Assembly: GCA_965262915.1 (NCBI GenBank)
Contig: OZ253564.1
Span: forward strand, 2,784,001-2,848,000
DNA: 64,000 nucleotides
Source: Candidatus Spongiisociaceae bacterium
Lineage (GTDB): Bacteria > Actinomycetota > Acidimicrobiia > Spongiisociales > Spongiisociaceae
Direction of reading: 5' to 3'
In this document: positions 54,060 through 64,000 of the stretch, piece after piece
How positions within the stretch are numbered: position 1 is the stretch's first letter
Layout: every line of letters starts with the position of its first letter
Notes under the pieces: generated by a model
Databases searched by the model: none
Told to the model about the DNA's origin: nothing
The model's input: the letters and a program-made list of their open reading frames with translations, nothing else
Program-made: the position numbers and the translations under genes

Positions 54060-54952
54060 TCCTCGGGGTAGGGAAACAACAATCTAGCTGTACGTTCCGG
54101 AAAACGACCGGTAGCAATGTCCCAGAAAGATCGGCAGCAGCCCAGCCTCCGCTTTGTCGACCCTCCGGCCTTGATCGGTCTCCCGCCGTTCACTGAGGGG
54201 AACCACCCGCCGCCCGTCGGGGAGGGGCGAGGATCGAACGCGCCGGGCTCGGCTGGCAGCGAAACGACAGAGCCGTTGGCGAGAGCGGCCAGAAATACCC
54301 GACCGCCCAGGTTGAAAGCGATCTTGGTCAAATCGGGATCCCCTCCGTAGGCCCTGATCTCCCCGCCGCTCTCCAGAGCCCCGTTCCCAGCGGGCCCGCT
54401 CGGGGGGCAGGTTCTACTCCCCACCGTCACTTCCCCTTAAAACGTGATGAGCCAGGTTGGCGGGTGTTCGGGAGGACGTTTATCGGGTGCTCTCCTGGCG
54501 AAACGTGGTACTAGAAGTGGGACGTGACCATTCGATCGTTGCCTGACGCACCCTGTTAGCTGGCTGTTCGCCGATTGCGGCAGCGGACACCCCCTCCGCT
54601 GCCCCTGAGGGGCGTGCGGGTTCGAATCTCACCCTGGGTACTCGGTCTCGTAACGTCTTGAACCTGGCCGAAGCGGACCTCGCTCGTCAGTTGCGTCGGT
54701 TGCCGAGCAGGTGTAGACACGAAGTGAACGGCTGCAAAGGTCGCCGCCAACTCATCGAGGCCTTGGTCCAATTCCTTGACCCGCCATCCGAAGCCGACGG
54801 GTGTCCATGACGCACTGATCCTGTTCGGTGGCCGTGAACTCTGCTCCATTGTTCGAGGCGTTGTGAAAGCCGTGGATTCGGAGGCGTCTAGCGGAGCATG
54901 TGCAGCGCCGGGTGGTGTTGGGCCGGGGGAGGAGACCGAATAGCCTGGCGGG

Positions 54953-56191
54953 ATGACGGCCTCCTTGACTTGGCTTGACTACTCGGAGAGGGACCGCCGT
55001 CGAGCGCTGGACGTCATCGACCTGTTTCGGGAGACCAGTACAGTCGACGAACTAGGGATCGCATCCGTCCGCGACAGCTTTTCGGATCTCTTCTTCCCTG
55101 GGACTAGCACGATCCAGACTCGGGCGTGTTACTTCTTGCTCGTACCGTGGACGTTCTTGCGGCTCGAGCGGTTGCGGGTTCCGTCGAGCAAGGCGGTGCA
55201 GAGGGCTCGGTGGGAGGAACTGAATCTCAACGAACGGTTGCGCGAAGGGACTGATACGCGGGGGGTTTTCGGTAGCCGAGCCGGCGACGCTCTGAAGCGT
55301 CTACCCAGCGAGGTCTATTGGGGCGGGCTCGGAAGCTGGGGTATCCGTACCTTCTCGGGTCACAAATGGGCGTACTTCCGATCGCTTGACGGTTTCTACC
55401 GGCGCGGCGACCGGTTCCGCAGTACACCGCGAGACCCAGAGGGTCGGAGCGCGCCTCCCGCGAACTGGCATCCTCACCTCCCTGACCCCCCATCCGGGTT
55501 TCTTCGAGGCAGAATCACGGTGGCGCTTCGGCGTGGAGATGCCGAATATCTACGAGACCGAATACAGGCCCGACATCCCGACAGCCTGCTGGCCGTACTA
55601 GCAGGACGTGTGGCCGTTGAGGATTTGGAGGCAGATCGGCCCTGGGAACTCGCCCATCTCGCCGAGATCTCACCCGTTCTGCGGGACCAGCTTCACGACG
55701 CGAAGCTCTTCGCTATCTGCATGCAGGGGGCGGCGCTTCTCTACAACCTGATGCTCTCGGAACTGAGGCAGCATGACGAGTGGACGGATGCGTATCGGCG
55801 CAGGCTGGAGGACTGGGCCACCGACGTTGATGCGCTCGGGCAGGCAGTGGAGGATTGGAAACCGGACAGGGTGTGGCGGGTCGTGACGGCTGAGGGCCGG
55901 TCGCTGGGCTACCCGACCCGGGGCTTCGTCGAAGATTGGGTCGAGGAGTTGAAGCTGGGTGGCCCCAGGGGCGTCGTAGCCGACAAGTCCAACGCGCGAA
56001 CTCTCGTGAGGGGTCGCGAGTTTCAACTCAAGGGTTCCCGGGCGCGGTTGACAAACACGCGGCGGCTTGAACTGTGGGGCGGGGAATCGGGGACGGGGCG
56101 GATGGCCTACCGGTGGGGTGGAACTCGGCGGATCCTCAAGGACATTTTCGACGGGCTGGCGCGGAGCGAGGACGATGCTGGGAACGCGTGA
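54953..56191 (+). CDS. DUF6361-like protein (Azaca ZacA-like)
   Basis: LTWLDYS, DELGIASVRDSFSDLFFPGTSTIQTRACYFL, RLPSEVYWGGLGSWGI, GAALLYN, YRW. Confidence 0.75.
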   Translation: MTASLTWLDYSERDRRRALDVIDLFRETSTVDELGIASVRDSFSDLFFPGTSTIQTRACYFLLVPWTFLRLERLRVPSSKAVQRARWEELNLNERLREGTDTRGVFGSRAGDALKRLPSEVYWGGLGSWGIRTFSGHKWAYFRSLDGFYRRGDRFRSTPRDPEGRSAPPANWHPHLPDPPSGFLRGRITVALRRGDAEYLRDRIQARHPDSLLAVLAGRVAVEDLEADRPWELAHLAEISPVLRDQLHDAKLFAICMQGAALLYNLMLSELRQHDEWTDAYRRRLEDWATDVDALGQAVEDWKPDRVWRVVTAEGRSLGYPTRGFVEDWVEELKLGGPRGVVADKSNARTLVRGREFQLKGSRARLTNTRRLELWGGESGTGRMAYRWGGTRRILKDIFDGLARSEDDAGNA

Positions 56192-58094
56192 GCGGACGCT
56201 TCTGTTGGAAAACCTGCGCCCGCCCGCTGGCTACCGTCTGCGACGTGCTGTGGGGACCAGCTTCACGCTGGACCTGATGGCGCTCCTGACGGCGCCGCTC
56301 GCCTTCACCTTCTTCGACGCCCACGACGAGGATGGTGCGCCCGTGGCCGACCCGGTGGCGCTGCTCGAGGCGCTCCGGCGGCATGCTGAGAGGGTGACTC
56401 TCTTCTGCCAGGCCGGCGCGATCGATGTACCGCGACCGGACCAGAAGCTTCTGGCCTACCTCGAAGGATCGGTGATCGAGGTTCAGGCTAAGCGGGAAAG
56501 AGGGATCTTCCACCCGAAGGTCTGGGTGCTCAACTTCGAATCCGAGAAGGGCCCCGCCATCTACCGGGTATTGTGCCTCTCCCGCAACCTGACGTTCGCG
56601 CGGGCATGGGACACCTGCCTCCGATTGGAAGGGCGACTCGCGCAACGGGAACTCGGCTACTCAAGGAACAAACCCTTCGCGGATCTGCTCCTGGCTCTCC
56701 CAGGGCTCGCTACCCGCCGACCTATCAGGGATGAGCTCCAAGAGGACCTCGAGCGGATGGCGTACGAGGTCAGGAGGGTGGACTTCGAACCGCCCCGCCC
56801 GTTCAAGAACTTCAATATCCACAACTTCGGCCTACGCGGCAGGCGTGGATGGCCCTTCCCGAAGGGTGGACGGAGCCTGGTAATCTCACCGTTTCTCGTA
56901 GGTTCGACTGTGCGACACCTTGTGCGTGAACACGGGCTCGAAGTTCTCATCTCTCGACCGGAAGCCTTCGAGGATGCCGCCCGCGAAGCAGGACGCGCGG
57001 CCCTGCCCCAGACGTGCTACGTCCTCTCACCCGGAGCCGGTCTAGACACGCGTGATACAGAGGAGGAGGAGGGGGAGGAACCTCCCGACGAAACCTCGCC
57101 CGGCGAAGGTAAGGTCGAACTCTCGGGCCTCCACGCCAAGCTGTTCCTGTTCGAGAACGGTCGTGACGCGCGGCTGTTCACGGGCTCTGCGAACGCCACG
57201 GATGCCGCACTTCACGTCAACGTCGAGGTGCTGGTCGAACTGGTCGGAAAGACGAAGGACTGCGGCATCGACGCGCTCCTCGGACTTGAGGAAGATCCCA
57301 AGCTTGAAACCCTCCGATCACTCCTGCAGGAATACCACCCTCCCAAATGCCCGGGACCGGGGCCATCCGATAGGAAGCTGGAGGCAAAGGTCGACCGGCT
57401 GGCGCGGACCCTGGCGGCCGTACCGCTCACCGCGCACGTGCAGCACGATGACGCGGACCAGCGGTGGGACATGACCGTGTTGGGAGAACTCCCGGATATC
57501 CCCGTCGCCGCGGAGGTCAAGGTATGGCCGGCAACGCTCCCGTCGGACGCAGCTTCGCTGATCGATGGCCGGAAGGAAACATGGCATGGGACGGTCGGTC
57601 CGGCCGAGCCTGCTTACCCGATCGCGACGTTCAGAGACATATCCTTCGAAGCCCTCACCGCCTTCTTGGCGTTCGAGGTGTCGCTGCGGGAGGGAGGGCA
57701 CAAGGCGCGAAAGCGGTTCGCGGTCACGGCAGAGTTGATCGGTGCGCCCGAGAACCGCAAAGAGCAACTTCTGCGCTCGCTTCTGGAGGATCCTAGGCGT
57801 GTGCTCCAACTCTTGTTCCTGATCCTGATGGGTGAGGGCGCCGACGCGTCGGCATTCGAGCGAGCAGCGCACTCTGGCGGCCCCGCTCCGCAAGGCTCCA
57901 TCGGAGGTTGGGACCAGGCAGCCCTGTTAGAGACCCTCCTTCGGTGTCTGAGCCGCAATCCCCGGCGCATCGACGAGGTTGCCAGGCTTATCTCCGACCT
58001 TGAGAGAACACCGGAAGGGAGGAGGCTCCTGCCCGAGGGTCTGAAGGAGATATGGGAACCGGTGTGGGAGGTACGGGAGACGCTGAGGTCATGA
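56175..58094 (+). CDS. Phospholipase D-family nuclease-like protein (ZacB-like)
   Basis: Two HxK motifs: FHPKVW..SRNLT and LHAKLF..GSANAT; LVISPF. Confidence 0.8.
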   Translation: MLGTRERTLLLENLRPPAGYRLRRAVGTSFTLDLMALLTAPLAFTFFDAHDEDGAPVADPVALLEALRRHAERVTLFCQAGAIDVPRPDQKLLAYLEGSVIEVQAKRERGIFHPKVWVLNFESEKGPAIYRVLCLSRNLTFARAWDTCLRLEGRLAQRELGYSRNKPFADLLLALPGLATRRPIRDELQEDLERMAYEVRRVDFEPPRPFKNFNIHNFGLRGRRGWPFPKGGRSLVISPFLVGSTVRHLVREHGLEVLISRPEAFEDAAREAGRAALPQTCYVLSPGAGLDTRDTEEEEGEEPPDETSPGEGKVELSGLHAKLFLFENGRDARLFTGSANATDAALHVNVEVLVELVGKTKDCGIDALLGLEEDPKLETLRSLLQEYHPPKCPGPGPSDRKLEAKVDRLARTLAAVPLTAHVQHDDADQRWDMTVLGELPDIPVAAEVKVWPATLPSDAASLIDGRKETWHGTVGPAEPAYPIATFRDISFEALTAFLAFEVSLREGGHKARKRFAVTAELIGAPENRKEQLLRSLLEDPRRVLQLLFLILMGEGADASAFERAAHSGGPAPQGSIGGWDQAALLETLLRCLSRNPRRIDEVARLISDLERTPEGRRLLPEGLKEIWEPVWEVRETLRS

Positions 58095-61000
58095 GTCAAC
58101 GACGAGCGGGCGAGCGACCCGACACACGTGCCGTGCTGGAAGGCCTCAAAGGTTTCCAGCGTGACACCGTCGAGTACGCCTTCGAGCGCCTCTACCTGGC
58201 GCCGAACTCGACCCACCGTTTCCTGGTAGCCGACGAGGCCGGTCTCGGTAAGACGCTCGTAGCGCGAGGGGTGATCGCCAAGGCGGTCGAACACCTATGG
58301 GAAGGTCCGAATAGGGTCGAGCGGATCGACATCGTCTACATCTGCTCCAACGCCCAGATCGCCCGACAGAACGTCCGCCGACTTCAGATAGGCAGCGGCA
58401 GCTTCGTGCAGGTCGACCGGTTGACGCTGCTGCCCCAAAAAATCCGCGACCTGAAGGCGAGGAGGGTCAACTACCTCGCCCTCACACCCGGAACGTCCTT
58501 CGATCTCAAGAGCAGTATGGGGAGGCGGGAGGAGCGAGTGCTTCTCTATCACCTCCTGCAACGCATGTGGCCCGATCAACGCAAGGGCCCCATGAACCTT
58601 CTCCAAGGAAATGTGACCAAGACGGGCGACTTCCGTAGGGAACTAGAAAGGTTCGACCCCGCGAGTATCGACGACGACCTCGCGAAAGTCTTTGAACGTC
58701 GGCTGGGTCGGGAGGGCGACTCTCTCCGAGAACAGTACGAGGATCTCTGCAAGCGATTCTGGCGGAGCCGACTGCATATCCCGCCGGATGTTCGCCAGAG
58801 GCAGAGAGGGTTCATCGGCCGGCTGCGCTGGATCCTGGCCGAGGAATGCGTCAACGCGCTTGAACCCGACCTTGTGATCCTCGACGAATTCCAGCGCTTC
58901 AAGAACCTCCTCGACGGAACGGATGAAGCGGCGTGGTTGGCGGAACGACTCTTCACCCATTCAGGCGAGACATCGGACGTGCGCCTTCTGTTGCTCTCGG
59001 CGACGCCCTACCGGATGTACACGCTACACCACGAGAGCGCCGAGGACGACCACCACCAGGATTTCCTGCGAACAGTCAAGTTCCTCGAATCCAAGAAGGC
59101 GAGCGGCGACCTCCGTCGGCTCCTGGACGACTATCGGCAGGCGATGTACCGGATCGAGTCCGGAACGGATCCGCTCCTACGGGTCAAGGGAGAGATCGAG
59201 TCGCAACTCCGGCGGGTCATGTCGCGGACCGAGCGGTCCCGCGCCTCCGAGGACTCTCAAGGGATGATGAGCGAAGTACCGAGCGTAGGACTGCGACTCA
59301 CCGCGGGAGATGTACACGACTTTCTGACGCTTCAGGAGATCGGCCGCGAAGCGGGGCAGCCCCAGGTCCTCGAATACTGGAAGTCGGCACCGTACCTCCT
59401 GAGCTTCATGGACGACTACAAGCTCAAGACCGAGGTCGTCGCGATGCTGGACATGCCATCGGAGAACGGGCTCGCGAAGCTCCTGGCCGACAGCGGACGG
59501 GTGTCTCTCTCTTGGGAAGAGGTAGAGGCCTACTCACGTCTTGACCCAGCCAACGCCCGCCTGCGAAGCCTTCTCGAGTGGATGGAGGGCGCCGAGGCGT
59601 GGAAACTCCTCTGGCTGCCCCCTTCCCTTCCTTACTACGCCGAGTCGGGCCCCTGGAAGACGGCGCGCCAGCAGCAACTCTCCAAGCGTTTGATCTTCTC
59701 CACCTGGCAGGTCGTTCCCAAAGCCGTAGCGAGCATGGTGAGCTACGAAGTTGAGCGCCGCGTATTCCCACGTTTCGACGACTCGATCCGCAACGCACCC
59801 GCAGAGCGCCGAAGACGGCGACCGCTGCTGCGATTCGCGTACTCGAACGACCGTCTCACGGGGATGCCGGTGCTAGGGATGATGTACCCGAGCCCCAGCC
59901 TGGCCGAGCTGGGCGACCCAGTCCCGGTGGCACAGGGCGAGGCTACCTTGGAGGACGCCGTTGCCGGTGCGAAAGCGCAACTCGAACCGCTCCTCGCCAG
60001 AGTCACGGAGCCGTATCTCAACGCCACGCGGCAAGACGAGAACTGGTACTGGGCGGCCCCGATCCTTCTCGATCTCCAAAGGCACGGCGAGTCGACCAGG
60101 GAGTGGTTCGCTCGCTCGGACCTTCCAAGCCGGTGGAACGGTGCCAAGAAGGACGACGACGAGGGCTCCAAATGGGAGCAACATGTCTGGAAAGCGAAGA
60201 ACCTCGTCGACGCAGCTGCTCACGGATCGCTGGACCTCGGACGACCACCCGAGGACCTGGCGGAAGTTCTTGCCACCCGCTCCATAGCCGGCCCTGCGAC
60301 AAGTGCTCTCAGGGCCCTCACACGTGCCTCGGGCCCGGACCCGCCGACAGCCCCCGCCGCCCGGGACGCCGCGGCCCGGATCGCCTGGAGCTTCCGGACG
60401 CTATTCAACCTTCCCGAGGCAACCGCCCTCATCCGAGGCGAGCGCCCGCGGGACGACACACCATACTGGCGACAAGTCGTGGACTACTGTGCGGCAGGGA
60501 ACCTCCAAGCTGTACTGGACGAGTACGTCCACACCCTGCGGGATCTCGAGGGGCTCTTTGCAGCCGAGGAAAAAGAGACGTGGGACACGCTTGCCAAAGC
60601 GGTGTCAAGTGCCCTCTCGCTTCGAACAGGTGCTCCACGCGTGGACGAAATCCGGACCGACAACGAAACCATCCGGATCGAGCACCACCGAATGCGCAAT
60701 CACTTCGCCATGCGCTTCGGCGCCCAGGAGAGCGACGACGGCAAAGCGGGCGCGCGCGAAGGGCAGGTGCGTCACGCCTTCAACTCCCCCTTCTGGCCCT
60801 TCGTCCTCGCGTCCACCTCGGTCGGCCAAGAAGGGCTGGACTTCCACGCCTACTGCCACTCCGTCATCCACTGGAACCTACCGTCGAACCCCGTCGATCT
60901 CGAACAGCGCGAAGGTCGTGTTAACCGCTACAAAGGCCACGCCGTACGCAAGAACGTCGCAAAGAAGCACGGGGCCGACATCCTCGGTGGCGTCTCGAAA

Positions 61001-61315
61001 GACGTGTGGTCTGCTCTGTTCGACGCTGCTCTCGCAGAGTCGTCGAACGGGCGCGGACTCGTCCCCTACTGGCTCTTTCCGCTTCCGGACGGCGCGCGCA
61101 TCGAGCGACATGTCCCGGCGCTCCCCCTTAGCCAGGACGCATCTCAACTCGAGGCACTCACAAGCTCCCTGGCTGTATACCGGATGGTCTTCGGCCAGTT
61201 CAGACAGGACGACCTAATCACGTTCCTGCTTGAGCAGTGCCGCCCCGAACTCCCAAGCGAGATCGCACCCTCATTACACATCGATTTATCTCCCCCACCA
61301 GCGGAACCCATGTAA
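58091..61315 (+). CDS. SF2 helicase (ZacC-like)
   Basis: ADEAGLGKT, ILDEFQRF, LLSATP, FNSPFWPFVLASTSVGQEGLDFH, LEQREGRVNRY; ATGA overlap. Confidence 0.88.
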   Translation: MSQRRAGERPDTRAVLEGLKGFQRDTVEYAFERLYLAPNSTHRFLVADEAGLGKTLVARGVIAKAVEHLWEGPNRVERIDIVYICSNAQIARQNVRRLQIGSGSFVQVDRLTLLPQKIRDLKARRVNYLALTPGTSFDLKSSMGRREERVLLYHLLQRMWPDQRKGPMNLLQGNVTKTGDFRRELERFDPASIDDDLAKVFERRLGREGDSLREQYEDLCKRFWRSRLHIPPDVRQRQRGFIGRLRWILAEECVNALEPDLVILDEFQRFKNLLDGTDEAAWLAERLFTHSGETSDVRLLLLSATPYRMYTLHHESAEDDHHQDFLRTVKFLESKKASGDLRRLLDDYRQAMYRIESGTDPLLRVKGEIESQLRRVMSRTERSRASEDSQGMMSEVPSVGLRLTAGDVHDFLTLQEIGREAGQPQVLEYWKSAPYLLSFMDDYKLKTEVVAMLDMPSENGLAKLLADSGRVSLSWEEVEAYSRLDPANARLRSLLEWMEGAEAWKLLWLPPSLPYYAESGPWKTARQQQLSKRLIFSTWQVVPKAVASMVSYEVERRVFPRFDDSIRNAPAERRRRRPLLRFAYSNDRLTGMPVLGMMYPSPSLAELGDPVPVAQGEATLEDAVAGAKAQLEPLLARVTEPYLNATRQDENWYWAAPILLDLQRHGESTREWFARSDLPSRWNGAKKDDDEGSKWEQHVWKAKNLVDAAAHGSLDLGRPPEDLAEVLATRSIAGPATSALRALTRASGPDPPTAPAARDAAARIAWSFRTLFNLPEATALIRGERPRDDTPYWRQVVDYCAAGNLQAVLDEYVHTLRDLEGLFAAEEKETWDTLAKAVSSALSLRTGAPRVDEIRTDNETIRIEHHRMRNHFAMRFGAQESDDGKAGAREGQVRHAFNSPFWPFVLASTSVGQEGLDFHAYCHSVIHWNLPSNPVDLEQREGRVNRYKGHAVRKNVAKKHGADILGGVSKDVWSALFDAALAESSNGRGLVPYWLFPLPDGARIERHVPALPLSQDASQLEALTSSLAVYRMVFGQFRQDDLITFLLEQCRPELPSEIAPSLHIDLSPPPAEPM

Positions 61316-62117
61316 CCTCTTCTCTGCCTCTTGTTGTCTCGGGGTGCCGGGCGGCCTGAACCGGGGTGGTCCTCCCGTTCAGGTTTCTGGTTGGAAACGG
61401 GACCCCCGGCGGGCAGCTGGCCGAGGAGTGCGAGGACGTCACCGAAACAGAAGCCTCAACTTATGAGGGTGTTTACGTGTTTCGCTGGGGGTGGCAGCCA
61501 TCCTTGTGGGGCTGTGAGGATGGCACAGCGCCCCGAGGAAGCAGCCGCAGCATGGTTAGACGAACACCTACCCGCCGGGACAGCCGTCGGGCAGGCCCCA
61601 CCAACAGATCCGCCAACAACTCGGCGACACCGAACTATCCAGAGCCGTGTTCGACCTGGTTGTGGCCAGAGCCGAAAACACCCAAAGCCAGGAACGGGAC
61701 GGCCCCGGCCCCGGCCCCGGCATCGAGCTCTAAACGAGGGACACAATGAGAGACATAGCAGCCAGACCACCACGAACCGCCAAGCCAGCGGCCCAGAGCT
61801 ACGGACTAACACTCCGTAGCCAGCCTCAGATCGGCCGGATGGCTGCGGCATCGAGTACGGCTTCGACCTCCGCCAGGTTCAGACGGAAAAACACGTCGAG
61901 GAACCTGGAGTAGATCCAGCATCTGTACATAAAGCGTCGGTTTGGGCGTCGGTTAGGGGCCGGAGTTGGACTGGGGGTGGTGTGGTTGTGTTGGTGACGT
62001 CGTATCGACGGTGGAGGTTGATGTGTTGGTAAACGGTGGTCGATAGTTGCACTGAGGTAGGTGGTGTTCCAGGTGGCGATGGCGGTGGTAGGCAGGGCGA
62101 GGCATTGGGCTTTGGAG

Positions 62118-62256
62118 GTCTTGGTCGTCGGTGGCTGAACCGGTCGACGTACTCGAGGGCCGCGTACTCGAGGCGGCCGAGGTCCCGCCATGGTCCTTTC
62201 TCTCGGATGGGTACGGTCTTGCACAGACCGATGACCGACGCTGTCGCGGCTGACAC
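62118..62256 (-). pseudogene. IS3 OrfB C-terminal remnant
   Basis: SVIGLCKT..KGPWRDLGRLEYAALEYVDRFSHRR, homologous to 22950-23070. Confidence 0.7.
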
Positions 62257-62264
62257 GGCTCTTG

Positions 62265-62446
62265 AGGGGTTGTCTGGCCATGTGCTGGGTCACACGTTGG
62301 TCACGAACCTGGTTCGCTCGGGAGCCGATGTCGTGCTGATCTCAGAACTCGCCGGGCATCGCCGCTTGGACACGACCCGACGCTACAGTCTCCCGTCGGA
62401 GACCGACCGAGCCGATGCTGTCGAGTCGATACTGGTCGACCAGTAA
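62265..62446 (+). pseudogene. Tyrosine recombinase C-terminal fragment
   Basis: LSGHVLGHT (degenerate HxLRH), LAGHRRLDTTRRY. Confidence 0.75.
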
Positions 62447-62479
62447 GCCTCTGGGATCGGAATCGTGGAGTTCGGTGAG

Positions 62480-62776
62480 CTACTGGTTGCGACGGCAGTA
62501 ACGGACGAAGGATTGGATGGCTGTTAGGCAGGCGTTCCAGGTAGCTGGCGCAGCGTCACCCCAGCGGCCGGTCAGTACCGCCCGAATATGAGACCCCATT
62601 AGGTGGCTGATCATCATGTTCTGGCCGAGGTCCGCAACCAGAGCGTCGAGGGCTTGGCGGTACGTGCGGCGGGTGTTGGGGGACAGGTCTTTGTCGGAAA
62701 AGAACCCCTCCACAGCATCAGCAAGAGTGGGGATCCGATCCGGTAGCGGGACGACTTCGGCAGCTCTCAGGGCCAT
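62480..62776 (-). pseudogene. Tyrosine recombinase N-terminal (core-binding) fragment
   Basis: LADAVEGF, LSPNTRRTYRQAL, APATWN..LTAIQSFVRYC then stop. Confidence 0.65.
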
Positions 62777-64000
62777 GACGTGCTTCGGCCATCACGATCG
62801 ACCGTGGAAGGGTCCGGATGATGATGCCACGGTGCGGTACCCGTCCCGAATTGGGTACCCGACCATTACCGGTAGAGGTGAAACCCGTAGTGGCGGTTCC
62901 GCTGGGCGAGGTAACCGTCTTGCTCCTTATCGATGCGCATTTTCTCGTCAAGCCCTGCTGTGTCCCCACAAACGGTGGGGATGACCGAGTAGGCCCGCGC
63001 TTCGGGCTCGAGTTTGTCTTGCACATCCTTGCTGTCTCGCCGGAGGCGGAACTTGAGCTGCTCGTCGAGGCGGGCGAGGTAATCGTCTCGCGTACCGGCG
63101 GGGAAGGTGGACTGCTCGCGGATCCGCCGCCGGATGATGTTTTCAGGGGTGAGCTTGGGCAGCCTTCCCGATGGGCCGTGACTGGGGAAGGGACGGGTGT
63201 CGCCGGTGTCGGTCACCATCCGCCCGTCGTCGGGTCGCGGCCCACCGATGGAACCCGAGGAACTTGGCGTGGCCTCTGTCGTCGTCCCGTTCCTGTTCGC
63301 GTTGTTCACGGGCGGCCCGTTCCGTCTCGGCTGTTCCGCCGAGTATCCGGTAGACGAGTGACCGGCGTCGTGGGTCGGTGTGTTGCCCGGTGTTGTGGCG
63401 GCGCCGGGAGTACTCGGCGGCGTCTTCCCACCGTTGACGGGCGGCGGGGGTTCGGGCCGTTTCGATGTTGCGGGCGATGACGCGATCGGGTAGGAGGGGT
63501 GGTAGTGGCGTGGTCATGGGTGGGTTCTTTCGTGTCGATTGTGGCCGGGTGTGCATCGAGATTCGGTGCCTCCCGGGTGACCGCCGCACCGCGCATGTGT
63601 TCTTTGTGCGCGGTCGTCTCGGGTCTGGAAGTGGTTGGTTAGTGGAAATGTCATGGTGTGTCGCGGATGGCACCAACATATAACCCCAATACACAGTTGT
63701 GGGGCGGGTGGTGGTGTTGGTTAGTAGAGGGCGGGGAGGTGGTAGGCGATGCACCACCAGGGGGCGGTCGCGGACCGTCCGGGATGGGTGTGTACTACCC
63801 CGTCCCGTTCCATGTTGCGGAGGGTAACACCGAATCGATCGGAGTCCGGCCTGTACCCCAATGTCCCGTGTTCCCGCCGATGTTGCGGATGGCGTCGGCT
63901 ATCCGTTCGGCGGGGGGCCGGTCCGGTTCCTAGCCACCGACTAATGGCAGGGGCGGCCTTTACCTACCGGGGTGCGGTCGAGGGCGAAGGACGGGACGTC

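Noticed and set aside
62818-64000. Several overlapping ORFs at the window end
   Set aside because: Low-complexity, no motifs; cannot choose a real frame

Overview
High-GC bacterial window, probably an actinobacterium (Acidimicrobiia-like; inferred from lipoprotein linkers and IS types). It has five blocks. (1) 1-10.9 kb: a peptide-type ABC importer operon whose binding protein looks circularly permuted. It embeds an orphan glycine/betaine-reductase protein-B module: a UGA-recoded GrdB-like selenoprotein with a SECIS-like hairpin, two GrdE/GrdI-like subunits lacking the pyruvoyl Cys, and a three-domain RidA protein. (2) 11-20 kb: ppdK, a frameshifted aroK, IS1182 and IS5 in CTAG sites, and a second selenoprotein (thioredoxin fold, WSSWUGC). 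(3) 20-28 kb: an IS pile with four-level nesting (ISL3>IS110>IS3>IS30). Its two IS110 copies have non-coding ends that look like bridge RNAs, with guide segments covarying with each copy's own target and donor. (4) 28-43 kb: a catabolic island (IclR, thiolase, polyamine-type ABC, ADH, M20, LLM, amidase, acyl-CoA ligase, atypical B12 acyl-CoA mutase whose small subunit has two in-frame TAGs). (5) 43-64 kb: a truncated S41 protease/adhesin, IS1634, and a defence island (Lamassu/ABC-3C, GmrSD-like, Azaca-like trio) followed by integrase remnants. All calls come from motif recognition by eye; no database searches were run.
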